Positions 32,549-46,147 of a stretch of 64,000 nt of DNA are shown piece after piece. The notes beneath the pieces were generated by a model, which was not told where the DNA came from, did not search any database, and saw nothing but the letters and a program-made list of their open reading frames with translations. The DNA comes from Podarcis liolepis (taxonomy: Eukaryota), in NCBI GenBank assembly GCA_965112155.1, contig OZ218106.1; one strand, given 5' to 3'. The translations under genes and the position numbers were made by a program. Each line of letters starts with the position of its first letter. Position 1 is the stretch's first letter.

Positions 32549-33109
32549 TACATGTGGGTCAACATGCATAGGATATAAGGAAGCTGTTCTCAAATGGTGC
32601 GACAGGAGCAAACAAATAAACATTTAAACATTTCAGTGTAGCACAGTTCAAAAATAATCGTTTTATGCTTTCTGGGTGTCTCACGATCACATTACAAAGT
32701 AGTTGTGTTCTATGTTATGAATCAAGAACTGCGAAGAGCTGTTTGTTTTTGTTTCCCCATGTATTTCTTATCAATAACATATTCAGTGTGGTGAGCAAAT
32801 TTCTATTCTGAAAGCATGACCCAGAAAAAAAAGTTCAGGAACCACTGGATGAGCCCAAAGGCCCAGCCAATCTATCATTGTCTTTGCCCAGTGGCCAAAC
32901 AGTTTCCTTTGGGAAACCTACAAACAGCTCATGAGCATTGCTGTTAGTTTTGTGTGTGTTACTTTTGAATGTTGTTGACAGGGAATTGGAAACAGATGGG
33001 CCATTTTCAAATTCAATATACATTTAAAGTCCCTGAAATATTTATGTTTGAATTACCAGCTTTTTTAAAAAAAGGCAAAAGCTCATTTAAATGACACTCC
33101 TGGTAGTTA

Positions 33110-33367
33110 CCGTATTTTTTGCTCTATAAGACTCACTTTTTCCCTCCTAAAAAGTAAGGGGAAATGTGTGTGCATTTTATGGAGCGAATGCAGGCTGCGC
33201 AGATATCCCAGAAGCCAGAACAGCAAGAGGGGTTGCTGCTTTCACTGCGCAGCGATCCCTCTTGCTGTTCTGGATTTTGAGATTCAGAATTTTTTTTTCT
33301 TGTTTTCCTCCTCCAAAAACTGGGTGCGTCTTGTGGTCTGGTGCGTCTTATAGAGCGAAAAATACGG
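33110..33367. mobile_element. Tc2-type MITE, inverted relative to 32299
   Basis: TA-flanked ccgtatttttt ... aaaaatacgg; reverse complement of the 32299 copy along its length. Confidence 0.88.
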
Positions 33368-34612
33368 TAGTTAAATCTACACTTTAGTGTCCACATTATT
33401 TAAGCAACAAATATATATATATATAGAGAGAGAGAAAGCAGCCTGCATTTCCAAGAAAATTCAAGTTGTTTCCCTCACAATATACCAGATATAATTTAGC
33501 CAAAAAATTCTTAAACTAATTCAGGGGAGCAGGGGGAATAATATCTCTTATGCTGCTTAGCTGCCCTCACATTGCTTTTATTTTTAAGATACATTAGATA
33601 AGCGCTGGTCGTCTCCCAGGGAAGTTGCTTAATTCTTTCTGACTTTAAAGAAATTGGAATCAGTCCATTAAAAAGAAAAATACTAATGTTTCCTATACTT
33701 AAAAGAATAGGTAAATCCTGTCGATTTCTGTTTCTCTGATTTCCCCACTCTTTGTCATATTTCTTATGTGAAAAGTCCTCACCAAAAAATAATCAGCGTT
33801 TTAGGGCACATTTCTCTTAAAGTAAATTTTAAAGCAATTTTGCCTACTGTGTACATTTTGCAAGGAATTTACAGCAACATAATACATTTCTCGTTGCCGT
33901 TGTCAGCAGCATATGCATTTCTATGCACATTTTACCCTACATGTAATATGTTCTTTGTTGGTTGAACAAGTGCATCATAAAATTCACAGTACCCCAGATT
34001 TTGAAGGATAGCTGTTGTTTGGCTCACATATTTTTTTGAAGAACTGTGAATCCACAATTCAAGAGTTTCTGTTATGATTCTATTTGTTAGTCCCCTAACA
34101 CAGGGGCATTTGCATCCAAGATTTTAAAAATTACAAATCAATCTAATGTTCATATTAGTACTGAATAGGTTTCAATCACCAAGACTTCTGTTTCTGCCCA
34201 GATTACACTCATTTGCACCCATTATATATTCCCGTCATTCTGAGAAACGTAGTGGATCCCTCCTGTATTTGCCACTTTCCGCCTTAGAGGCTGGTTTTAA
34301 GTCTCGGTTTCCTTTTAACCTCAATCTGTGAATCTCGTTCTTAGATTAAAATCTACCTTTCAGTCGGAATAATCGGCAAAGGCAATAGGCAACAGGTCCA
34401 AATTGCTCCAATTTCTACCTTGCTATCAGCTTGGAGCAGCTGTGAAACACGCCTGTTCTGTTTCGGTCGTGTAACTATAGCTCATAGTTAATATTCTCCC
34501 TTCTTCACCCATGGTGTGCTTGAGGGGAAAAAGCCCCACATTTAAAATAAAATTTTAAAAAGCAAGAAAGCTTTTTTGGAGAACTGTTCTCAGAAGTCAA
34601 CTTTGGACTTAC

Positions 34613-34850
34613 CTTTTGTGCGTAAGAGGCAGCAGCAGATAAGGATATTAAAAGCTAGAGAAGGTTGAAGAAACGCTGTCCGGTGAAGCTTCAATTCTAG
34701 TCTTTTGAACAGCTTGCAAGAAGGCAAAGTCTTCCCCCTGACTGGGGCACCCAAGGGACCACTTTCTGTGGCATAAAGTGCTAATCCACAGAGCCAGCTA
34801 GGTTCTCCCACTTCCTCTCTCTGTCTCCCAGGCAAGCCCTATTGTAGGGC
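34613..34850 (-). other. Candidate non-coding first exon of ABCG2 (5' boundary uncertain)
   Basis: Perfect donor AAG|GTAAGT at 34613/34612 in non-repetitive sequence 4.5 kb upstream of exon 2; vertebrate ABCG2 has non-coding first exons. Confidence 0.45.
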
Positions 34851-36351
34851 CTTGTAAAGGAGGCAGCTCACCCCTCCCCTTTCCAGCTGCAGTTAAGGGA
34901 GGGGTGAAAGGTCTGCTTAGGGAAGGGCGAGCCCAGAGGCTCACTTTCTCTTGTCTGAGAGCTGATAGTGCCGCAGGAGTAGCCCAGGATGCGTGGAAGA
35001 ACTTACTGGTATTCAATAACACACCCAATTCTGCCCTGTTGCTAAGCCAGGAGGACCCCAGCAGGACATGGCCTGAAGGTCCTCAGGCTGGAAGGCGGCA
35101 ACTGTGAAGGGGAAATTAAGGCTAAATGTATAACCATCCTCCTTCAGGATGCTTATGCAGACTTCTTTCCCTGCATCTCTGTGCCCAGATCCCGTGTGAT
35201 TGGGCTAGAGCCCAACAGAAGCAGGTGAGAATAAGCAATGCTTTGAACAGTGAGCTGGTGTTCCCCAAATGCTACAATGGAGCTTCTTCAAGATGGAGTT
35301 TGTGGTTTGAGAGACAAGAGAGAAGAGGGACATGCTCTCTCAAAAACGACAGATCCCAACATTCCTCCATGCACGTGCATCAGCAGGAGGAGGACCTAGC
35401 AGGGTGTCCCAGAGCAGGTAAGAGGACCAGGACCATATGAATAAGGAATTTTGCAATCCTAAGAAGTCTGTGCCAATTATAGGATTGACAGAACCCAGAA
35501 CATATGGAAGTAAATGAACTAGGCCTCTGGCCTCCAGAATGCGCAAAACAACCTGGGCTCCTCCAAACGTTTTGGACTACAACTCTCGGCCAGCATGGAT
35601 GATGGGAATTGTAGTCCCACATCAGAGGCAATTTTCTCCTAATGCCACAGATTTGTGCAAGCAATTTCTCCTGACATCATGCTTTTTTGCATGTTAACTT
35701 CACTATCATCATTTTAATGCACATTTACCCCCTGACATATGCCGTGCTGCAAACATTGGTTGGAGAACTAGATTGCAAAATTCAGAGAAGTGTGAATTTT
35801 GAAGAATGAATACGTTTTGGTTCTCATATTGTTTTGTACATAATCAAATCCCCTCCTCAGCTATGAGTACTTCATGGAATTAGTAACAGTTATTCCGGTT
35901 TCATTTATGTGTCACAAAGAGGCACGATTTTCTGTAAAAGAACTGAAGATATTCTTTTCCCTGTTAATAAAGCAGCGTTCTTTTTTGCTGATATGCATGA
36001 CAGCCACTTGTATAACCATAACTATACAGCCATGTAATAAAAATGGATTGTGCCCATCAATAGCTAGTTATATAAGTTTGACCTTTTGCATCAGGCATTT
36101 ATGATGATTTGTCCGTTGTATAACAGCTTTTCCCTCGAAAGGCATGACTGAGCTATGAAAACTATTCTGAGTGCCAACCAATTAGCATTATATGAAATGC
36201 TAATTTCATATAATGCATAAGATTTGAAGCCAAGATACTGCTCTTAAAAGTCGGCCAACCTAACATAGGAGGTATAGAATCATATCGGGGTCCACAATTT
36301 AGTATAAAGTTCTTTTAAGAGATTAGTGACTCCTTACAGTGCAATACTATA

Positions 36352-36577
36352 CAGTGGAACCTCGGGTTATGTACCATCCTCCTTATGAACGCTTTGGGTA
36401 ACGAGCTCTGCTAACCCGGAAGTAGATGCTCCCGGTTGTGAACTTTGCCCCAGGATGTGAATGGGAGTCATGTGGCGGCAGTGGGAGACCCCATTAGCGA
36501 AAGTGCACCTCATGTTAAGAACGGTTTTGGGTTAAGACCTCCGGAACGAATTAAGTTCGTAACCAGAGGTACCACTG
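36352..36577. mobile_element. Tc1/mariner (Tigger-like) MITE, diverged
   Basis: TA-flanked cagtggaacctcgggtta / taaccagaggtaccactg. Confidence 0.8.
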
Positions 36578-37162
36578 TACTACACATGTCTACACAGAAG
36601 TAAGCTCCAATGAGTTCAGTCGGAACTGCTCCCAGGACTGCAGCTTTAATGCATAACACTCACTGGGGGGGGGGGGAGATCCTGAGTGTCTTATGAAAGT
36701 GAACATTGGGTGTTAGCAATGAGTAAGAAAAACAATCTGAGAGTCGTGATGAGGATGAAGTGCCTACATACCAGCTAGACTGAGGCATGCCGAAGCCACT
36801 TCCCATTTAGATTACCACAATGTGTTCTGCGTAAGCCCTTGAAGAGTGTTCGGAAGCTGCACCTGATGTAAAATGTTTTATAGATTTAGGGCTTATCCAC
36901 ACTTCCTTTCCTCCACTCTTTTCAAGCACAGTCCACACTTTAAAGCTCCATATCCGAGAGCCCCTTTTCCTTTTCACTCCAGAGCTTTCCCCCTGCAGAA
37001 ACCCACTCTCTAAAGCTCAGTCGGAGCAAATGGCAGTCTGCAGAAAACCCGAATTGGTGCTTGCTACAATTGAGCGCTAAATAGGGGGGTGGGGGTGGGA
37101 AAGTTTGGAGGCAAAAAAAAACACAGACACAGAACTTTTATGCAGGAGCCTATGCCTGGAAA

Positions 37163-37514
37163 GGGACGCGGGTGGTGCTGTGGGTTAAACCACAGAGCCT
37201 AGGACTTGCCGATCAGAAGGTTGGCAGTTCGAATCCCTGCGACGGGGTGAGCTCCTGTTGCTTGGTCCCTGCTCCTGCCAACCTAGCAGTTTGAAAGCCC
37301 GTCAAAGTGCAAGTAGATAAATAGGTACTGCTCTGGCGGGAAGGTAAACGGCGTTTGTGTGTGCTGCTCTGGTTCGCCAGAAGCGTCTTAGTCATGCTGG
37401 CCACATGACCCAGAACCTGTACGCCGGCTCCCTCGGCCAATAAAGCGAGATGAGCGCCGCAACCCCAGAGTCGTCTGTGACTGGACATAATGGTCAGGGG
37501 TCCCTTTACCTTTA
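37163..37514 (+). mobile_element. Sauria SINE, full length
   Basis: gggacgcgggtgg head, (accttt)n tail, 14-bp TSD cctatgcctggaaa. Confidence 0.93.
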
Positions 37515-38218
37515 CCTATGCCTGGAAAGAGCAGGGCAATAGGATAAGTGATAAAGGTAAGCCCTTAGATTGGCAGGACATTGAGACTTGTATCCAAAAC
37601 ATCTGGAAGGCACCAGGTAGGGGAAGGTTGCTCTAGGGAATAAAGCCTCTTGATCACAGTGGGACATAGAATCAGAAGGGTCACAAGGGTCATCTAGTCC
37701 AACCCCCTGCAATGCAGAGATCTTTTGCCTGATGTTGGGCTCAAACCCATGACTCTCATGCTCTACCAGCTGAGCTATCCCAGACTTGCTTCCAAATATA
37801 CACACAGAAGCTCAGGCTATAAGTTTTTCTCATCACTGATGTGACAGCGGTCAGAAACAGTGTCCAGGTGAAAATCACTAAAATGCCCCAATCAGTTACC
37901 TTCATCATTCACACTATGAGTTCCAGTGGGGACCAGTAATCAAGGTCCACCATGTCTGTGAGAGGAATACCTGCAGCAGATTCAGCTACAACATGGTGAG
38001 TTGCGGGAGGTGAGACGGGAGATTTGCAGGAAGCCATGAGGTGTACACTACAGCGCCCAGAATGCTTTGCAGGAAATAATGTGCTTTAAATGTGCTTCAG
38101 AGGTATTGTGTGGACAAGGCCTAAGTACCTTTTGGGCACATAACGACCTATTAGTTTCCAGGGTATAGTGGTTGGTATTCAGCTGAGTTTTACTCAGAGC
38201 AGACACAGAGAAATTAGG

Positions 38219-39293
38219 TGTTATAGGAATTCCAAGGTCTCATATATAAAAATCCTATGTTCAAAAATCTACAAGGCAAACACATACATGAGTAAATGAA
38301 CCGTGTGTCTGAAATAGTACAGGAGAGCAGTCCTGAAACCATTTTGGCTCTCCCAAATTGACTTCAGATATTTCTCTGCAAGGAGGAAGGAAATGGGAAA
38401 GACTCTCCATTGTCTTTTGCTTACCTGTCTTAAGGGTATATGAATAGGGTGAGCTATTTAGCATCTCAAGAGGAATGGCCAGGTTGCCCAGGTGAAGCAA
38501 TCAAGTGACCATTATCAGTATCCTGCCAGACAGGATTTGTATTGTAGACGGCCCCTTGTGATGTCTTTCTACTGTAGCCCGCCTCTTTCTGTGATGTACG
38601 TGTGATGTTTTGGGGGGTGGTCTCTGGCTGAAGGGTGGGCAACTTCAAAAGTCTATATTAGGGTTTGTGCATCATTGTTCTGGGTCCCTCCTGCCTCCTG
38701 CATGTGGTTGTGAACACCCTGTTGCAACAGTTAATAAAGATCAGGCTTACTAGCTGCCTTGCGTCTCAATTTTCTCTGGTTGGCCTCTGTTCTTTTCTCC
38801 TACCAATAGAGAAACTACTCAAGGACTCTATACGGGCTCTTGTTGTTGTTGTTTAGTCATTTAGTCGTGTCCAACTCTTCGTGACCCCATGGACCAGAGC
38901 ACACCAGGCACTCCTGTCTTCCACTGCCTCCCTCAGTTTGGTCAATCTCATGCTGGTAGCTTCGAGAACACTGTCCAACCATCTCGTCCTCTGTCGTCCC
39001 CTTCTCCTTGTGCCCTCCATCTTTCCCAACATCAGGGTCTTTTCCAGGGAGTCTTCTCTTCTCATGAGGTGGCCAAAGTATTGGAGCCTCAGCTTCAGGA
39101 TCTGTCCTTCCAGTGAGCACTCAGGGCTGATTTCCTTAAGAATGGAGAGGTTTGATCTTCTTGCAGTCCATGGGACTCTCAAGAGTCTCCTCCAGCACCA
39201 TAATTCAAAAGCATCAATTCTTTGGCAATCAGCCTTCTTTACGGGCTCTTAGATACCCCATAAGGGAAAGGGAGCAGTATTTTTCTTATAACA
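38219..39293 (+). mobile_element. Solo LTR (about 670 bp excluding the nested BovB)
   Basis: Inverted termini tgttataggaa / ttcttataaca; TATA-like tctatatt near 38653; AATAAA 38733-38738; flanks tagg / tatg. Confidence 0.7.
38842..39239 (-). mobile_element. BovB (RTE-clade) LINE, 5'-truncated
   Basis: RVPWTARRSNLSILKEISPECSLEGQILKLRLQYFGHLMRREDSLEKTLMLGK...GRQRTRWLD; (CAA)n tail; 11-bp TSD tacgggctctt. Confidence 0.95.
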
Positions 39294-39294
39294 T

Positions 39295-39780
39295 ATGTTT
39301 TTGGGAATTATAGGGACAGAACTACCTAAATTGTATAGAAATTTAGTTAGGTATGCTACTACGTACAGCAGCAAGAATGCTACTCGCCCCAAAATGGAAA
39401 GAAGCAGAAGTCCCAGCAAAGGAAGAATGCATATGAAAACTTATGGAACATGTAGAAATGGCGAAACTCACCGGAAGAATGAGAAATCAAAATAACAAAA
39501 CCTTTTATAATATGATGAAAATGGTTTATTGAAAATTTTCAGATAAAGTACAATCAGATAAAAAAACATTGGCAGGATTATTGTAATAACCTGCATAACA
39601 GTTTGTATTTAAATTAGATAATTAAATGAATTTGGATATGCAGAAGATATTAAAAAATAAATTTAAGGAACTACAGAAAGAGGGGGAAAGATGTCAAGCT
39701 TTGAAATGTTAAAATGATTGTAAAATTAATGAAATGTATAAATTTGAAAAATATAAAAACTTTTTGTAAAAAAAAGAAGA
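39295..39780 (+). mobile_element. L1-like LINE 3' end with A-rich tail
   Basis: FLGIIGTELPK then, after a frameshift, AARMLLAPKWKEAEVP; A-rich tail near 39768. Confidence 0.6.
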
Positions 39781-40208
39781 AATTTATGTGCATGGCTAAG
39801 TTAGGCCCTTTCATTTCATTGGTCGGTCTACTCTGAGTAACACTGAGTTGAATACCACCCAGTGTATACACAGGGATTGTGACCCTCACCAGTCGGAAAG
39901 CCTGATGTTATCACCACCTGCTGCTGCTGAAGGCTGAAACTCAAAACTCCCAGTTCCCATTATAGCCGCTAGATGGAAGCATCTATTCTTATATTGCTGA
40001 GCGTTGAAAGATTACTGTGCTGTATCATGAGAATTATGAACAAGGGATGGGTTTTCCCCTCCCTTCTACACTATTGCTTAGTACAGATCCCTAGCACAAG
40101 AGAAGGTATGTTTCCTATCGAAGGGAGCTATATCCATGTGAATGAAAAGCTAACTCTCCCTTGGTCCCAATGAAATTAAAAGAATTAAAGGTGGTTATAA
40201 AATGCGTA

Positions 40209-40549
40209 TGGGACGCGGGTAGTGCTGTGATCTAAACCACAGAGCCTAGGGCTTGCCGATCAGAAGGTTGGTGGTTTGAATCCCCACGACGGGGTGAGCT
40301 CCCGTTGCTCAGTCCCTGCTCCTGCCAACCTAGCAGTTCGAAAGCACAAAGTGCAAGTAGATAAATAGGTAACACTCCGTCGGGAAGGTAAACGGCGTTT
40401 CCATGTGCTGCTCTGGTTCGCCATGCTGGCCACATGACCCGGAAGCTGTCTGTGGACAAACTCCAGCTCCCTCGGCCTATAGAGCGAGATGTGTGCGCAA
40501 CCCCAGAGTCATCCGCGACTGGACCTAATGGTCAGGGGTACCTTTACCT
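40209..40549 (+). mobile_element. Sauria SINE
   Basis: Family body; 14-bp TSD ttataaaatgcgta. Confidence 0.92.
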
Positions 40550-43499
40550 TTATAAAATGCGTAGGAATTTGACTGCTTTCTGTGTAACATATCTGTGACT
40601 TAACTTTCTCTGGATAACCCACATTTCCACTACATGCAGGCTTTATCTCCTGTTGGAACTGTGTGCTGTTGCTACTCGTGTTTTATTTTTATGTTGTGAA
40701 CCACCCTGAGATCTATGAATGAAGGGCAGTATACAAATCTTAATTAATAATCTTCTTCTTCTTCTTCGGCGGCGATCACCCGTAGCCAAGTAAGATTGTC
40801 TTCCATAAACACAGTTTTAACAATGAGTCCGTAAGTGACTGTGGAGACCAATTCTGGATCCACACGTGGGGACATTAATTTCTGGGTGGGAGTTGATCAC
40901 ACTGTGGATTTGGCCTTTTCCGTGGTGTTTCAGCTATACACAATTTCACTTAAACACACGGTGCCTTGGAACGTAACCCCTGAATAGATTGGGAGTTGCC
41001 TGTAAATAAATAATAATTATTATTAGATGAATTAGCAAATACATCCCTTTCCCTTTACTCTCCTAAGAGATAAAGTTTAAAGGAATCCTATGGATTTTTT
41101 TAAAAAAGAATAAAGGCCCATGGGTGCTAATGTGGAGACGATGTGTGCTCCATCATTCTTCCTCTCAGGTATATTTTGGCTTGAGGCAGCCATATTTGCT
41201 TGGCACCCGAAGGCTGGGATGCAGGAAAGAGGCAGGGCAGGCGGCAAAAGCTCTGATTGGACAGGAGAGCCCTCACCTCTCTTGCTGGTGGCTGAGCATA
41301 GTGTTGACAGTCAGATAAGTATACTTAAAGAGTCCCCACTGGTGAAGCACTGGTCTGTTTGCATTTGGCTCTGTTCCACCTCAGCTGCTGTGTAGGAGCA
41401 AGATAGAAAGAGTATTCTGAGAGGAATGCTTGTCAATGCCCAGAGGGAAGGGCCATCTGTTCCAGCTCTCTAGTGCTTAGAAAACAGTTATCTGTCCTCC
41501 AGCTTTTCCCTGCCGGCTCACATGACCCAGGCCAGTGCGCTTATGAGCATGGAGAGTGTGCAGAAGCGATGCTTCTACCACAGAGCCACAGTCCCTTTCC
41601 CCTAAAGTGCACACAACAATACAAGCGCTTGTTTGCAAATAAAAATATTCTTACATTCAAGACTTCTCTTCTCACTTCTGTCGTGCTCCAAATATATGGG
41701 TTGTTTAAGGATTTGGTATTTTACTAAGCAGTCTGTTTACCCAAAATAAAGCCCTTGTGGGCTATTATTTATATGGAAACAAGGGTGCTCGCTACAATAT
41801 TTTTGTTCCTCACACGGCACGATACAGTTTCAAGGATGCCTAGGAGCTGTTTTAGTCAGAAAAAAGTCCTGTATTTTAAAAAAGTGAGAGCTTTTCAAAG
41901 TGTATTTTTAAAATGTGAGAGCCTTCCTGCAGTCCAGTGGTGTAGCCCAAAGGCAGGTTGACCATCTTACCTCAGTAAGGATGAGGCCCATGAAGCCTTG
42001 CCCAAATCATAGGAACATAGGAAACCACCTCATACCAATGGGCCATGCTATTTAACATTATTGTTGTTAATAACATTAAGAACCATGGGTGTTTCTGTGA
42101 AAATGGAAATGCTTAAAAATTTAAGCAAAGGTTTAAAGCCCACCTGTGTTAAGAGTTTTGATTCTGATCAGGCCCTCTGCACCTGCAGTTTGCATGTGGA
42201 AAAACCTCCCACTGGAATGAATGGGAAGTTTTTTGTTTTATTTTAACTCCAGTGGAAATTGCGTATCTACATATACTTATTAATGGGCAGTGTGTGCAAA
42301 AAGACAATGAATGGACAAGTGTGGTGTGCAAGGATGAACCTGATCTTTGGATCACCCAAGCTGCTCTTCTACTGAACTGCAAATGTCTCAATGTGAAACT
42401 TTGCAAACAACTTCGGAAAAGCTAACTTTATAAATAGGGAAGGGGAACAACTTCTCCTTTTCCCCATGCCTAGTACCTGTAATGTAAGTACGGTAATCCA
42501 AAAACATAACCCAAATAGGATGGCATTGAAAAACCAATTCTCGCCAGTTACAAGAAAGTTCAGTGGATTAAACATTAAGACACTCCCCTCCCCCGCAGTG
42601 TGTCTTTGAGTGTCCACAACTTTGCCGCAGGTTTCATCAGTTTTCCTTTTCAGTCAAAAAGTATATCAAGGAGATGAGTAGACAACTTATTATATGCCTG
42701 TGCTTCGATATTTTGCACTTCCAGAGCAGAAACAACATATCCCTTTTGCACTCATGGTGCATACAGTAAGACCCCTCATTCAAGTTCAGCCAATAAATCC
42801 ACATTGAAAGAAATGATTGCCTTCAGCCTTGCCTGGAAAAACCGCCTTACTAAAGTATGTGTGACAAGATGGGGCAGGTGCTTTTCCAAGTGTGTCATAG
42901 CCAGTGGTGTCTTCTGACAGGAGCATTTTGGAAAGGATACAGATCCATTTATGGGTCACTGCACCTGCCACGAGAGCAAGAGCAATTTGGCTTCCGTGCC
43001 AATGCAGTTGGTCTGAACTTTTCACTGCAACTCCTGAAACCCATGTTGCATAAACCTGAGTTCATTCCGAAAGCAATGAGGTGCAGCCCATTTCTCTGGC
43101 TGTGTCCCATGAGTGATACAGGTCACCATGACATGCTTTTGAAGACTGTTGACTTCAATTACAGGCCCATTTGGCTGACACGTCTGGCTGCTACAGGAAA
43201 AAAATATCCTGGCAAGGGATTTGTGGTTCAACATCCAGTATAACATTTACTGCCAAGTCTCGCAATGGACTGGGCTATTTGCCTCAGCTGTCCAACCTAC
43301 CACCCCTCTAGGTAATGGATCCTCTTGTCTAAAAGACTGCAAGCATATTCTGTCTTCTCTTCTCCTGCAGGCTGAAACTTGCACAGCTCTGGCAGACTTT
43401 CCCGAAAGGATTTGTTAACTGAAGACACACATGATTTACTCAAAAGGTATCCAATGTCATCGGAACCAGACAATCGTTTGACTTGGTCCACCTAGCCTG

Positions 43500-43872
43500 A
43501 ATGACTGCCTCTCCCCATATAAATTGTCCCAGACTATGCGTTCATCCTCTGAGGCCCTTCTTTGTGTGTCTCCTCTATGTGAGGTTCCAGAGGGTGGCAA
43601 TACAAGAACAGGCCGTTTTCCTGTAGTGGCTCCCTTTTTGTGGAATGCTTTCCGCAGGGAGATTCACCTGGTGCCTTCATTATATATTTTTAGGAGCCAG
43701 GCGAAAACGTTCCTCTTCAGCCAGGACTGATTAATATTATACAGCATTTTAAATGTGTCTGTGGGAAGGGTGAGGGGTTACTGTTTTGCTGTTTTGTTCT
43801 ACTCATTTACTTGTTTTTATCCTGTATTTTATTCCGTGAACCACCCTGAGATCTTATGATTATAAATCTAAT
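43500..43872 (+). mobile_element. L2-like LINE 3' fragment
   Basis: Encodes RSSSEALL...FPVVAPFLWNAF...FRSQAKTFLF. Confidence 0.65.
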
Positions 43873-46147
43873 AAACAAAAGTCCAGAATTTTCTATAAAT
43901 CTCCCAAGCAGATCACGAAGACTTCAGGCAAGGGGCAGATTCCACCAATCTTTTTTAACTGGAGATTTCTGCATGCTCCACAACTAAGATATGGCACCCT
44001 AATAATAATAATAATATTTTTTTTTATTTATACCCCACCCTTCTTGGTTCAAAAACCAGGCTCAGGGTAGCTAATTAAAACACTTAATTGTAAAAGCAGC
44101 ATAAACTACAGTATAAAAACATGAACAACAATAAAATTCAAAGTTCAGAAATCAATTTAGGGGAAATCCATCTAATAAGAATTAGATAATCCCCAGGGCT
44201 AGCTGGCTGAATTAGTCCTACTTGGGCCAGGGAGGAGGCCAGGGGAGAATTAGCTGTGGGGTCTCAGAGTGGGTAATCTTCATAAAAGGGGAGAGGGAGG
44301 GAAGAGAAGGGGAATAAAAGATCAGGCTGAATATTTGGGAAATCTTCCACTCAGCATCGCAATGAGGCCCTCGAGAGCTTTATTCCAAGCACACAAGTAC
44401 CCTGGGCATGAAACTGGCTCATACTGGCCTACATGACATTATTAGCTTCCATTACACAAGGATGTCTTCCATTCTGACAGCTAGAAGGGAAAGCAGCCCA
44501 AGGCCTACAAGAACCCACAACCATCTGTGCCTTCCACCCATTGCTTGGCACCCTAAAAAGACATGTGAATACATTATCCGGGAACTTGCGTAGGCTGTTT
44601 TGTCTTTCCCTGAAAGGTCCAAAGGACACACCAGCCCAACTACCAGAGAGCAAAGCCCCAGAAAAATTCTACCATTCCTCACAGTGCTTTGATGATTATA
44701 TGACAAAATATTGCTCTAAAAAAGACATGCTAATATGCTTAAATTAAGAATGTAAATGCATCAAAACAACAAATTATCAATGACATATGTATGTATATAG
44801 AGAAAATAAAAACAATAAGAATGCAATGAGAAGGGTAAAACTGATTTTTGATAAGACGAGTAGTGGTGGAAGGAAGTTAAACAGGGTGGTGGGTTTATTT
44901 TATTTTGTTTATGTTTTTTCTTTTTGGATATTGTATGATTTAATGTATAATGATTTAATGTTTCTTTTCTGTTGTGTATTTTTTCTCTTTTTTAATTAAA
45001 TTCTATGACGGAAAATCTAACAAAAAATACAAAAAAAATATCCTACCATTCCTTGTAATTCGAATCAAAGGACATGCAGGTCAAGAAAAAGCGAGGGGGC
45101 AATTGTCCTTAGGAGCAAGCTGTTTATTAAAATACTCTTCCGTCTCCAACCTGCTTCCACATGTTTTTTTTTAAACAAAGCAACTGTTTAAAATGATGCA
45201 GCAGCTGTGCCACAGAATCCACAACAGAAATGTCCACATCCAGTCACAGCGACCATTAAGAAACTTTAATTATCATACACACTGCTGTTGATTTTTAAAC
45301 AGACGTGCTAGCAGACCGTGGTGTTGCCTTCGGCAGACATTCCTGACAGAGAGCAAGGGGGGTTTCTCATTAAGCCCCAGTGTGGAAATAGTTAACCATG
45401 GTCTGCCAACAGCCTCTGCAAAAATGCAGCAGGGGGGAGCCTGCATTTGGACTACCCAACAAGTTTGTATGCCCCACCCCCAAACCTGAACAATCAACAT
45501 TCAAATATCTACATTCTCGCCAAGGCAAAAAGTACGCAACACAATTTACACAAGTGCTCTTCAGTACTTCCAACAAGTCAGTTACAATGCATGAAGCTGC
45601 AAGTCACACTCTACATATGCAGGAATTTCCTTACACTGTCATCTCGCCTTTGGGGAGGGGCATTGCAACCTCCCAACTTTGACTCCCCAGGAGAGGGTCT
45701 CCCTCTCTCCAGTACATTCAGCAACGTGATAAAAGGATCTATGGTTTAGTAATATCAAAAGCAACTGAACTTCCCCCATCCCCAGTCTCAGAAACCCACT
45801 CACCCACCCTAAAAACTAGCACCTATTAATTCGGTTTGGTTGAATACTTTAAGTTTGCTCCCCACTGCCTACATTTAGTTTGATCAAATCCCTTGTAACC
45901 AAATCAACCACCCATTCGCTTACCAAAGCTCCAAGTTTTGTGCAAAATACAGGCAAAGTTCTTCCGGCACACAATGAAAGAAAAGGCATTTTCATTCAAC
46001 AACAAAAAAGCCCAGGGCGCGGTTTGTATACAGCACGGTCAAGGCCTCTCTGCAGGTAGCCACTGGTGGTTATTTCTGCGCAGTTTGGGAAATGCGACTG
46101 TTGCATTTATTCCATGACATGCTGGTACACATTCGTGAATCTTCAAT

